Shown here: one piece after another, positions 16,647 through 24,898 of the stretch
Position numbering within the stretch: position 1 is the first letter of the stretch
Layout of the letters: the number at the start of each line of letters is the position of its first letter
Origin: a virus
Lineage: Duplodnaviria; Heunggongvirae; Uroviricota; Caudoviricetes
Reading direction: 5' to 3' (one strand)
IMG/VR virus record: IMGVR_UViG_2551306525_000002
Location: 1 to 27,590 of that record
DNA: 27,590 nucleotides
Made by a program: the position numbers and the translations under genes
Notes under the pieces: generated by a model
The model's database searches: none
Seen by the model: the letters and a program-made list of their open reading frames with translations, nothing else
Told to the model about the DNA's origin: nothing

Positions 16647-18869
16647 ATGAGCACAAAATTCAGAACCGTTATCACCACTGCTGGTGCAGCAAAGCTGGCA
16701 GCGGCAACCGCGCCGGGAGGGCGGAAGGTCAACATTACCACGATGGCCGTCGGGGATGGCGGTGGTAAATTGCCTGTCCCGGATGCCGGACAGACCGGGC
16801 TTATCCACGAAGTCTGGCGACATGCGCTGAACAAAATCAGCCAGGACAAACGAAACAGTAATTATATTATCGCAGAGCTGGTTATTCCGCCGGAGGTGGG
16901 CGGTTTCTGGATGCGTGAGCTTGGCCTGTACGATGATGCTGGAACGTTAATTGCCGTGGCGAACATGGCTGAAAGTTATAAGCCAGCTCTTGCCGAAGGC
17001 TCAGGGCGTTCGCAGACCTGCCGCATGGTCATCATCGTCAGCAGTGTGGCCTCAGTGGCGCTGACCATTGACACCACAACGGTGATGGCAACGCAGGATT
17101 ACGTTGATGACAAAATTGCAGAACATGAACAGTCACGACGTCACCCGGACGCCTCGCTGACCGCCAAAGGTTTTACTCAGTTAAGCAGTGCGACCAACAG
17201 CACGTCTGAAACACTCGCCGCAACACCAAAAGCGGTAAAAGCAGCATATGACCTTGCTAACGGGAAATACACTGCACAGGACGCCACCACAGCGCGAAAA
17301 GGCCTTGTCCAGCTCAGTAGTGCCACCAACAGCACGTCTGAAACGCTCGCCGCAACACCAAAAGCGGTAAAAGCAGCATATGACCTTGCTAACGGGAAAT
17401 ACACTGCACAGGACGCCACCACCGCGCGAAAAGGCCTTGTCCAGCTCAGTAGCGCCACCAACAGCGATTCTGAAACGCTTGCGGCAACGCCAAAGGCGGT
17501 TAAGACAGCGTATGACCTTGCTAACGGGAAATACACTGCACAGGATGCCACCACAGCGCGAAAAGGTCTTGTCCAGCTCAGTAGCGCCACCAACAGTGAT
17601 TCTGAAACGCTGGCTGCAACACCAAAAGCGGTGAAGTCTGCCTATGACAATGCTGAAAAACGTCTTCAGAAAGATCAGAACGGTGCGGATATTCCTGATA
17701 AAGGACGTTTCCTGAGTAACATTAATGTTTACAGCAAAGGTGAAGTGGATAAGAAAAAGGGAATGCGAAAGTATTCGTTTGCAGCCCCTGCAAATGTCGT
17801 TGCCGGGAAGTGGTATCCCGTTATCTTTCGCCGTGCTGCCAGCCTTTCAGGAGAAATGGCATCCCGCGTCGTTATTTCAACTGGTTGTTATAACGGCGAT
17901 TATGTAATGAATAACTGCGAGTTTAATGGCATGGTTATGCCCGGAGGCTGGACCGATCGTGGTTCATATGCGGCAGGTTATTTCTGGACGTATCAGACTA
18001 ATGAGCGTTCAATCCATTCCATTGTTACAAGCCTGAAAGATGATGATGTATGTAGTGTTTTTTATGTTGAAGCCAGAGCTTTCCCAGTACAAATTCTTGC
18101 AGAGGAAGGGCTAACGGTTATTGTTCCGACAGAGGATTATGTCGTCGGTCAGACGACATATAAGTGGGGGGCAACTAATCCCGCTACAGAAAGCACGAAC
18201 GTACAGGCTATTCTGGATTTTAAAAATGGACGTGGTTATTACTGTTCACATCCATTTATTTCCAGCCTTTCAGGAAATGCTGCAACAGCCTCAAAACTCG
18301 AAACACCGAGGAAAATAGCAGGTGTTGCCTTTGATGGTTCTGGAGATATTACCCTTAATGCCAGAAATGTCGGTGCATTTGCACTTCGGCAGACAGGTAA
18401 TACGGTTAATGGTGATACAGCCGTTGGATGGAATTGGGACAGTGGCGCATACAACGCTCTGATTGGGGGAGCATCTGCATTAATTCTTCACTTTAATATA
18501 AATGCTGGTAGCTGCCCGGCTGTACAGTTTCGTGTGAATTATAAAAATGGCGGTATATCTTACAGGTCAGCCCGTGATGGTTATGGTTTTGAATCTGGCT
18601 GGTCTGATTTCTATACCACAACACGAAAACCATCAGCGGGAGATGTTGGTGCATACACCAAAGCTGAATCAGATTCTCGCTATGTCCGGGATATTCGCCT
18701 GGGCACTCGTGTTGTTCAGACTATGCAGAAAGGGGTTATGTATGAGAAAGCAGGGCACGTAATTACAGGGCTTGGTATTGTCGGTGAAGTCGATGGTGAT
18801 GACCCCGCAGTATTCAGACCGATACAAAAATACATCAATGGCACATGGTATAACGTCGCACAGGTGTAA
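16647..18869 (+). CDS. H: Tail fibre protein gpH (740 aa) with internal tandem fibre repeats and a divergent C-terminal receptor-binding region
   Basis: N-terminus MSTKFRTVITTAGAAKLAAA... is P2 gpH-like. Longer than P2 gpH (669 aa as I recall) because of the repeat array. The C-terminal third has lower GC than the N-terminal part. Confidence 0.87.
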   Translation: MSTKFRTVITTAGAAKLAAATAPGGRKVNITTMAVGDGGGKLPVPDAGQTGLIHEVWRHALNKISQDKRNSNYIIAELVIPPEVGGFWMRELGLYDDAGTLIAVANMAESYKPALAEGSGRSQTCRMVIIVSSVASVALTIDTTTVMATQDYVDDKIAEHEQSRRHPDASLTAKGFTQLSSATNSTSETLAATPKAVKAAYDLANGKYTAQDATTARKGLVQLSSATNSTSETLAATPKAVKAAYDLANGKYTAQDATTARKGLVQLSSATNSDSETLAATPKAVKTAYDLANGKYTAQDATTARKGLVQLSSATNSDSETLAATPKAVKSAYDNAEKRLQKDQNGADIPDKGRFLSNINVYSKGEVDKKKGMRKYSFAAPANVVAGKWYPVIFRRAASLSGEMASRVVISTGCYNGDYVMNNCEFNGMVMPGGWTDRGSYAAGYFWTYQTNERSIHSIVTSLKDDDVCSVFYVEARAFPVQILAEEGLTVIVPTEDYVVGQTTYKWGATNPATESTNVQAILDFKNGRGYYCSHPFISSLSGNAATASKLETPRKIAGVAFDGSGDITLNARNVGAFALRQTGNTVNGDTAVGWNWDSGAYNALIGGASALILHFNINAGSCPAVQFRVNYKNGGISYRSARDGYGFESGWSDFYTTTRKPSAGDVGAYTKAESDSRYVRDIRLGTRVVQTMQKGVMYEKAGHVITGLGIVGEVDGDDPAVFRPIQKYINGTWYNVAQV
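17181..17648 (+). repeat. 3.5 tandem copies of a 132-bp (44-codon) unit inside H, encoding LSSATNSTSETLAATPKAVKAAYDLANGKYTAQDATTARKGLVQ
   Basis: Units start at 17181, 17313, 17445 and 17577 (the last partial), near-identical at nucleotide level. Corresponds to the short repeat common in phage tail fibres. Confidence 0.88.
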
Positions 18870-18872
18870 TTT

Positions 18873-19400
18873 ATGCAGCATTTAAAAAATATTACTGCGG
18901 GTAATCCAAAAACTGTTGCTCAATATCAACTGACAAAAAATTTTGATGTTATCTGGTTATGGTCCGAAGACGGAAAAAACTGGTATGAGGAAGTAAGTAA
19001 TTTTCAGGAAGACACGATAAAGATTGTTTACGACGAGAATAATATAATTGTCGGCATCACCAGAGATGCTTCAACGCTTAACCCTGAAGGTTTTAGCGTT
19101 GTCGAGGTTCCTGATATTACCGCCAACCGACGTGCTGATGACTCAGGTAAATGGATGTTTAAGGATGGTGCCGTGATTAAGCGGATTTATACGGCAGACG
19201 AACAGCAACAACAGACAGAATCACAAAAGGCCGCGTTACTTTCCGAAGCGGAAAGCGTTATTCAGCCACTGGAGCGCGCTGTCAGGCTGAACATGGCAAC
19301 AGATGAGGAGCATAGCCGACTGGAAGCATGGGAACGCTACAGTGTTCTGGTCAGCCGTGTGGATCCTGCAAATCCCGAATGGCCGAAAATGCCACAATAA
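18873..19400 (+). CDS. G: Tail fibre assembly chaperone gpG (175 aa)
   Basis: Length identical to P2 gpG; immediately follows H. Confidence 0.87.
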   Translation: MQHLKNITAGNPKTVAQYQLTKNFDVIWLWSEDGKNWYEEVSNFQEDTIKIVYDENNIIVGITRDASTLNPEGFSVVEVPDITANRRADDSGKWMFKDGAVIKRIYTADEQQQQTESQKAALLSEAESVIQPLERAVRLNMATDEEHSRLEAWERYSVLVSRVDPANPEWPKMPQ

Positions 19401-19461
19401 GTTGTATGAGCTCTGGTGTGAGCTTACATATCTATGGCACAGAGTAAAGCCTGATCTGACA

Positions 19462-19485
19462 GTCCGCTCTGTGCCAAGAGCGGAC
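19462..19485. repeat. Palindromic boundary motif, copy 1: GTCCGCTC-(8 nt)-GAGCGGAC
   Basis: Perfect 8-bp inverted repeat about 60 bp after the G stop; 20 of 24 positions match the copy at 21608-21631. Confidence 0.6.
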
Positions 19486-19756
19486 CTTAGGCTTCAGTAA
19501 TTTGGTTAGCACAACCCCTTTGATAAACATACAGCTACAGTATTGCTTTTATAAGGAGCGTAGTTTCAATAGGACACCCCAAACGTTAGTCGGGAAAAGC
19601 CGACTGAAAAAAACTTGTGTGGACAAGTAGTGTCCATTTAATGCCATTTTTAGATTAAAATGTGCCATTTTGAGGGTATTCTTAAACGTGCATAACGTTC
19701 TGATTTATCATACACAGAGCCTTATCATTTGAAACCATTCCGATGTACATCAAACA

Positions 19757-21292
19757 ATGATTACAAGAGAAATTATGACACCGCCAACCAAAATTGATAC
19801 ATCAAGTCTACTTACCATATTGGGCGTTATTGCTGCTGTATGGGCCCTTATTACGCCAAACGCTCGACTACGTTTAAGGTTCTGCCTAGCGTGGTGGGAT
19901 TGGGTAATTGTTGGGTTTGCATTCTTACTAAGCAATTATTTGGTGTTTGCACCGGCTTTAAAATCACTAGACTTATATTTTAGCTTTGGCCCCTGGAAAT
20001 GGGGATTAGATAGTTCAAGTGCCGTATACCTGATATCACTCGCAGTTGCTATTTACATTTTATTTCGCTTAAAAAACCCTAAACTCTCAATTGGAAGAAC
20101 AGGGATATTTCTAGAGTTAGTGGAAAATTTGCACCTTACTAAACGATACGACGATCTGGCACAATTGTTGGCACCTCAACTAGAAAAATTAATATCAATA
20201 ATTGATAGACCTGTGAAGAATCGACTTTGTGATAAGATAGCTAACAATCTCCGCATCTCTAATCGCGAGACAGCTGCTGAACATGCACATGAAGCATTGT
20301 TAAATATTGTCTCATCACCTGAACTTACCAATCACTTTGCACTTGCGCACCCATCCCTCTGCCTTGAGTTAATCAAGATCGAGCCAATAGTTCGTTCTGA
20401 CTTTACTTCTAATTTTATCAGTGCATTACTTGGTTCACCTAACAGTCGTCTATATGTTGAGCTTAAAAATAATCTTAACGTTAGTCGAGGACATCGTTTA
20501 TTGATTCCAAAAAACAACCGTATATTACATTTTTTCTTTTCCAATGCTAAGTTTGCAGCTGATTTAGCAATATACCGTGATATCGGTGACTATCTCTACT
20601 GGAGGTTAGATGAAGATGAAAAAATTATTGCTGCACTTAATAAGTCTTTAGGTTCCTATTACGATGCTTCAAAATATAAATGTCCTATTTACTCAGGTGT
20701 CACGCTGTTTGAAATTATGGTTCATGAAGGTATTCACCAGGGTCTTCAGGATCATTTATGGTTGCATTACTATTCATATTTCGCAAGGAAAATTATAAAG
20801 AATATGAATAGGCAATCAGATGAATATAGTGGTGAATGGGAAACACCTTTTCACTTCCTTCTCTGTCATTTATTTAGCGTCGCTACAGATTGGGCAGAAC
20901 AATGCGAATGGATAGATGAAAAGGAGATTCCTCAAGAAAATAAAGAAATAGATAATTTCGATCTTCATTATATTTCAAAAGAGGCTACCAAATTACTTGG
21001 TGCTATGCTGCAGTTGGTTATGCCTAATAAAAAACTCACCTTGAAATCTAGAAAGCATATTCTTGATATAGTTGTATCTTGTTATATTAGGTTGAAAAGG
21101 AATAAAAAATTAAAAGACGTCGCTGACTCATTATTAATTTTCACCACTAGAGGCGAAGGTAATTCAGCACCGCCGCATTATCGTAGAGAACTTCTAGAAA
21201 TATTCAATACCCTTGATGATTATCGATTAAGAACTGATGCCCCGGAATTCCGAGCAGCTATAGAGTCTGCTATTCAAGCAAGGCCGAATTAG
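19757..21292 (+). CDS. AT-rich cargo protein of unknown function (511 aa) with three predicted N-terminal transmembrane helices and a large soluble C-terminal domain; candidate defence/exclusion gene at the Z/fun locus
   Basis: Long ORF in a strongly AT-rich island between G and FI. Hydrophobic segments LLTILGVIAAVWALI, WWDWVIVGFAFLLSNYLVFAP and AVYLISLAVAIYILF. Start may be M7 (19775, purine-rich AAGAGAAA just upstream) rather than 19757. No family recognised. Confidence 0.75.
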   Translation: MITREIMTPPTKIDTSSLLTILGVIAAVWALITPNARLRLRFCLAWWDWVIVGFAFLLSNYLVFAPALKSLDLYFSFGPWKWGLDSSSAVYLISLAVAIYILFRLKNPKLSIGRTGIFLELVENLHLTKRYDDLAQLLAPQLEKLISIIDRPVKNRLCDKIANNLRISNRETAAEHAHEALLNIVSSPELTNHFALAHPSLCLELIKIEPIVRSDFTSNFISALLGSPNSRLYVELKNNLNVSRGHRLLIPKNNRILHFFFSNAKFAADLAIYRDIGDYLYWRLDEDEKIIAALNKSLGSYYDASKYKCPIYSGVTLFEIMVHEGIHQGLQDHLWLHYYSYFARKIIKNMNRQSDEYSGEWETPFHFLLCHLFSVATDWAEQCEWIDEKEIPQENKEIDNFDLHYISKEATKLLGAMLQLVMPNKKLTLKSRKHILDIVVSCYIRLKRNKKLKDVADSLLIFTTRGEGNSAPPHYRRELLEIFNTLDDYRLRTDAPEFRAAIESAIQARPN

Positions 21293-21299
21293 GTAAATC

Positions 21300-21322
21300 A
21301 ACCACCTGCATAGCGGGTGGTT
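21300..21322 (+). terminator. Weak putative terminator hairpin after the 511-aa gene (AACCACC-(9 nt)-GGTGGTT followed by a short T stretch)
   Basis: 7-bp perfect stem starting 8 nt after the stop codon; only 3 T residues follow. Confidence 0.35.
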
Positions 21323-21565
21323 TAGACATAGACCTCTAAGTATGCCTGAAAGCAGAGGTACCTCTAAGTTTCGATGTCTAGGTGTTGATCGGCTGTAATC
21401 TGGTAACCAGGTCAAGCTTAAAATTTTCTCAACATAAACAAGTAGTATTTCAAATATTGAACCATACTGACTCCCCCACTTTTTATAAGATTATGGAAAT
21501 TTTTTGTACCAGTAAGTTCGAAAATTAGTGTTGTTCTCATCAGTCGTTATGAAAAATTTTGAACT

Positions 21566-21587
21566 TCCGCTCCTCGCTCACAGCGGA
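21566..21587. repeat. Palindromic boundary motif, copy 2: TCCGCT-(10 nt)-AGCGGA
   Basis: Inverted repeat related to copies at 19462, 21608 and 22628 (CTCGCTCACAGCGGAC here versus CTCGCTCAAAGCAGAC at 22636). Confidence 0.55.
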
Positions 21588-21607
21588 CCCTCAACTCAGC
21601 CAGCAAT

Positions 21608-21631
21608 GTCCGCTGCTTGCCAGGAGCGGAC
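21608..21631. repeat. Palindromic boundary motif, copy 3: GTCCGCT-(10 nt)-AGCGGAC
   Basis: 20 of 24 positions identical to copy 1; lies between the convergent 511-aa and 250-aa cargo genes. Confidence 0.6.
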
Positions 21632-21667
21632 GTAGTTTAATCTCTACTATGTTAATAAGTAATGATA

Positions 21668-22420
21668 TTAAATAAACTCATCATTAAGAAAGCCTGTTGA
21701 TAAAAAGTTCTGAATGTGAAGATAAAAAGAATAACGTGTATCTTCATTTTTTTTCTTCGATGTGTTGAGTTCCGGCTTGAGATTGTAAATAAGATGAGAC
21801 TCTATAAAGTCAAGTAATTCTATAGCTAATGATGTCGGACTAATCCAATCCAGTGAAATATAGTCTTTTCCATCATAAAACCATGGGGTGGCTCTATATA
21901 TCCTCTTTTTCATATTATTATATTTGGGATCTAGCAACTTTAAGGCAGCCGAGTGACCGCCAATAAACCTTTTGGAGTTAACGGTTTTTCCGACATAAAC
22001 AATGTGTTCATTGGTATCATCCATATCAGAGCATGATATTAAATAGATTGGTAATGAGGGTTTGGGAGGAATGCCGATTTTTTTTTCGATTATCACCCTC
22101 TCCTTTTCATGAATAAAAATGGGAAGCTTTCCATTAAATTCACTCTTCACATTCCCCAAGAATGAATCTGTATTTTTCCTAGCTTCATGCAGTCCGACCC
22201 AGTTAAGACTATTGACCTGATGGAGAGGACAGCATTCCTGTATTGATAACCAAGCCTCCCAATCACTTGATGGATTATCACTACAGTTTTGGCCCGAAAA
22301 TCTGTGTGAAAGGAATTTTCTCCCCTCGAACCAGGCTTGCAACGGAATATATATGTCTGAAGTGTTCTGCTCGACTTCAATTAATGGACTGTTAGTATCC
22401 AAATTTATGCCTCCTTTCAT
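21668..22420 (-). CDS. AT-rich cargo protein (250 aa) with a C-terminal GIY-YIG-like nuclease signature; candidate exclusion/defence nuclease at the Z/fun position
   Basis: Minus-strand ORF just upstream of FI, where P2 carries Z/fun in the same orientation. Residues ~124-213 read PIY-(13 aa)-HIVYVGKTVNSKRFIGGH...AIELLDFIESHLIYN, resembling the GIY / YVGK / R / H / E / N pattern of GIY-YIG nucleases (compare the I-TevI and UvrC N-terminal motifs as I recall them). The N-terminal ~110 aa are unassigned. Confidence 0.7.
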   Translation of the reverse strand: MKGGINLDTNSPLIEVEQNTSDIYIPLQAWFEGRKFLSHRFSGQNCSDNPSSDWEAWLSIQECCPLHQVNSLNWVGLHEARKNTDSFLGNVKSEFNGKLPIFIHEKERVIIEKKIGIPPKPSLPIYLISCSDMDDTNEHIVYVGKTVNSKRFIGGHSAALKLLDPKYNNMKKRIYRATPWFYDGKDYISLDWISPTSLAIELLDFIESHLIYNLKPELNTSKKKNEDTRYSFYLHIQNFLSTGFLNDEFI

Positions 22421-22627
22421 TAAGTATTTGCATAAAAATATCTAAAAATAAGAAATTCTTTAATTAAGATTATAAGTTAAATATAAGTACCAATGAAGCT
22501 TTGAATGATTTCGCATCAATAAATTAATTCTAACACAATACCATATAATAACGAAAAATGTCACTACTTGGTCGTTGAGGATATGACATTGCAATTAAAG
22601 AGAAAACCTTAACACACTATCTATAAC

Positions 22628-22651
22628 GTCCGTTTCTCGCTCAAAGCAGAC
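22628..22651. repeat. Degenerate copy 4 of the boundary motif (GTCCGTTTCTCGCTCAAAGCAGAC); hairpin no longer perfect
   Basis: 19 of 24 positions identical to copy 2 when aligned; located in the upstream region of the 250-aa minus-strand gene. Confidence 0.45.
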
Positions 22652-22719
22652 TGTCAGATTTGATAGCATTTGGGCTATGTAAATTGTCAGGCGGAAAATG
22701 AGTGAGTACAAATCAGGAC

Positions 22720-22750
22720 AGGCGGGCGAATTGTCCGCCTTTTCTTTATC
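22720..22750 (+). terminator. Putative plus-strand intrinsic terminator about 95 bp upstream of FI
   Basis: 8-bp stem (AGGCGGGC / GTCCGCCT, one G-U pair), 5-nt loop, followed by TTTCTTTATC. Confidence 0.4.
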
Positions 22751-22844
22751 TGTTGTTTCATCCCCTGACCAGCCAGGACAAATAGCATCTCATGCCCTGC
22801 ACAACTGAAAATACCACTCACCCATTAACCACGGAGTTAAACGG

Positions 22845-24035
22845 ATGAGTGACTATCATCACGGCGTGCAGGTGCTGGAGATTAACGAGGGCACCCGCGT
22901 CATTTCCACCGTATCCACGGCCATTGTCGGCATGGTCTGCACGGCCAGCGATGCGGATGCGGAAATCTTCCCCCTCAATAAACCGGTGCTGATTACCAAT
23001 GTGCAGAGCGCAATTGCAAAGGCCGGTAAAAAAGGCACGCTGGCGGCATCGTTGCAGGCCATCGCCGACCAGTCAAAACCGGTCACCGTTGTCGTGCGTG
23101 TGGAAGACGGCACCGGCGAAGACGAAGAAACGAAACTCGCGCAGACTGTTTCCAATATCATCGGAACCACCGACGAAAACGGTCAGTACACCGGACTGAA
23201 AGCCCTGCTGGCGGCGGAGTCGGTAACCGGTGTTAAACCGCGTATTCTCGGTGTGCCGGGGCTGGATACCAAAGAGGTGGCTGTTGCACTGGCATCCGTC
23301 TGTCAGAAGCTGCGCGCTTTCGGATATATCAGCGCATGGGGCTGTAAGACCATTTCCGAGGTGAAAGCCTACCGCCAGAATTTCAGCCAGCGTGAGCTGA
23401 TGGTCATCTGGCCGGATTTCCTCGCATGGGATACGGTCACCAGTACCACTGCCACCGCGTATGCCACCGCCCGTGCGCTGGGTCTGCGCGCTAAAATCGA
23501 CCAGGAGCAGGGCTGGCATAAAACGCTGTCCAACGTCGGGGTGAACGGTGTTACCGGCATCAGCGCCTCTGTATTCTGGGATTTGCAGGAGTCCGGCACC
23601 GATGCTGACCTGCTTAACGAGTCAGGCGTCACTACGCTGATTCGCCGCGACGGTTTCCGCTTCTGGGGTAACCGTACCTGCTCTGATGACCCGCTGTTTC
23701 TCTTTGAAAACTACACACGCACCGCGCAGGTGCTGGCCGACACGATGGCTGAGGCGCACATGTGGGCGGTGGACAAGCCCATCACCGCAACGCTGATTCG
23801 CGACATCGTTGACGGCATCAATGCCAAATTCCGTGAGCTGAAAACAAACGGCTATATCGTGGATGGCTCATGCTGGTTCAGCGAAGAATCCAACGATGCG
23901 GAAACCCTCAAGGCCGGAAAACTGTATATCGACTACGACTATACCCCGGTGCCTCCTCTTGAAAACCTGACCCTGCGCCAGCGTATTACCGATAAATACC
24001 TGGCGAATCTGGTCACCTCGGTTAACAGCAATTAA
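22845..24035 (+). CDS. FI: Tail sheath protein gpFI (396 aa)
   Basis: Length identical to P2 gpFI; sequence recognised as a contractile-tail sheath protein. Confidence 0.9.
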   Translation: MSDYHHGVQVLEINEGTRVISTVSTAIVGMVCTASDADAEIFPLNKPVLITNVQSAIAKAGKKGTLAASLQAIADQSKPVTVVVRVEDGTGEDEETKLAQTVSNIIGTTDENGQYTGLKALLAAESVTGVKPRILGVPGLDTKEVAVALASVCQKLRAFGYISAWGCKTISEVKAYRQNFSQRELMVIWPDFLAWDTVTSTTATAYATARALGLRAKIDQEQGWHKTLSNVGVNGVTGISASVFWDLQESGTDADLLNESGVTTLIRRDGFRFWGNRTCSDDPLFLFENYTRTAQVLADTMAEAHMWAVDKPITATLIRDIVDGINAKFRELKTNGYIVDGSCWFSEESNDAETLKAGKLYIDYDYTPVPPLENLTLRQRITDKYLANLVTSVNSN

Positions 24036-24047
24036 GGAGCCTGACCG

Positions 24048-24566
24048 ATGGCAATGCCGCGCAAACTCAAGTTAATGAACGTCTTTCTGAACGGCTACAG
24101 CTATCAGGGCGTTGCAAAGTCCGTCACGCTACCAAAACTGACCCGTAAACTCGAAAACTATCGCGGTGCGGGGATGAACGGCAGCGCACCGGTAGACCTC
24201 GGCCTTGATGACGATGCGCTGTCAATGGAGTGGTCGCTCGGTGGCTTCCCGGATTCGGTTATCTGGGAGCTTTACGCCGCAACCGGTGTGGATGCCGTAC
24301 CGATTCGTTTTGCTGGCTCTTACCAGCGCGACGATACCGGCGAAACGGTGGCCGTCGAGGTGGTCATGCGTGGACGTCAGAAAGAAATCGACACCGGCGA
24401 GGGGAAACAGGGAGAAGACACTGAGTCGAAAATCTCCGTGGTCTGCACCTATTTCCGGCTGACGATGGACGGTAAGGAGCTGGTCGAAATCGACACCATT
24501 AACATGATTGAGAAGGTGAACGGCGTCGACCGGCTGGAGCAACACCGCCGAAATATCGGCCTGTGA
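24048..24566 (+). CDS. FII: Tail tube protein gpFII (172 aa)
   Basis: Length identical to P2 gpFII; follows FI. Confidence 0.9.
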   Translation: MAMPRKLKLMNVFLNGYSYQGVAKSVTLPKLTRKLENYRGAGMNGSAPVDLGLDDDALSMEWSLGGFPDSVIWELYAATGVDAVPIRFAGSYQRDDTGETVAVEVVMRGRQKEIDTGEGKQGEDTESKISVVCTYFRLTMDGKELVEIDTINMIEKVNGVDRLEQHRRNIGL

Positions 24567-24622
24567 TTTTCATCCGGTCAGCCAGGCTGACCGGTTAACC
24601 CTGATTCAGAAGTGAGAAAACC

Positions 24623-24898
24623 ATGAACAAAGAAAATGTCATTACCCTGGACAATCCGGTCAAACGTGGTGAGCAGGTTATCGAACAGGTCACGCTGATG
24701 AAACCTAACGCCGGGACGCTGCGCGGTGTCAGTCTGGCTGCGGTCGCAAACTCCGAAGTCGATGCACTGATTAAAGTGCTGCCGCGCATGACGGCACCGA
24801 TGCTGACCGAGCAGGAAGTCGCCGCGCTGGAACTGCCTGACCTTGTGGCGCTGGCCGGTAAGGTGGTCGGTTTTTTGTCGCCGAACTCGGTGCAGTGA
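24623..24898 (+). CDS. E: Tail assembly chaperone gpE (91 aa)
   Basis: Length identical to P2 gpE; sits before the tape measure gene and contains the slippery site near its 3' end. Confidence 0.87.
   Translation: MNKENVITLDNPVKRGEQVIEQVTLMKPNAGTLRGVSLAAVANSEVDALIKVLPRMTAPMLTEQEVAALELPDLVALAGKVVGFLSPNSVQ

Noticed and set aside
17177-17634. ORFs 17177-17593 (-) and 17380-17634 (+) with internally repeated peptide sequence
   Set aside because: Artefacts of the 132-bp tandem repeats in H read in other frames.
19636-19756. Possible sigma70 promoter (TTAAAC / TATCAT) and palindrome AACGTGCATAACGTT upstream of the 511-aa gene
   Set aside because: Weak match to consensus in AT-rich DNA where such hexamers occur by chance; mentioned only as a candidate regulatory region.
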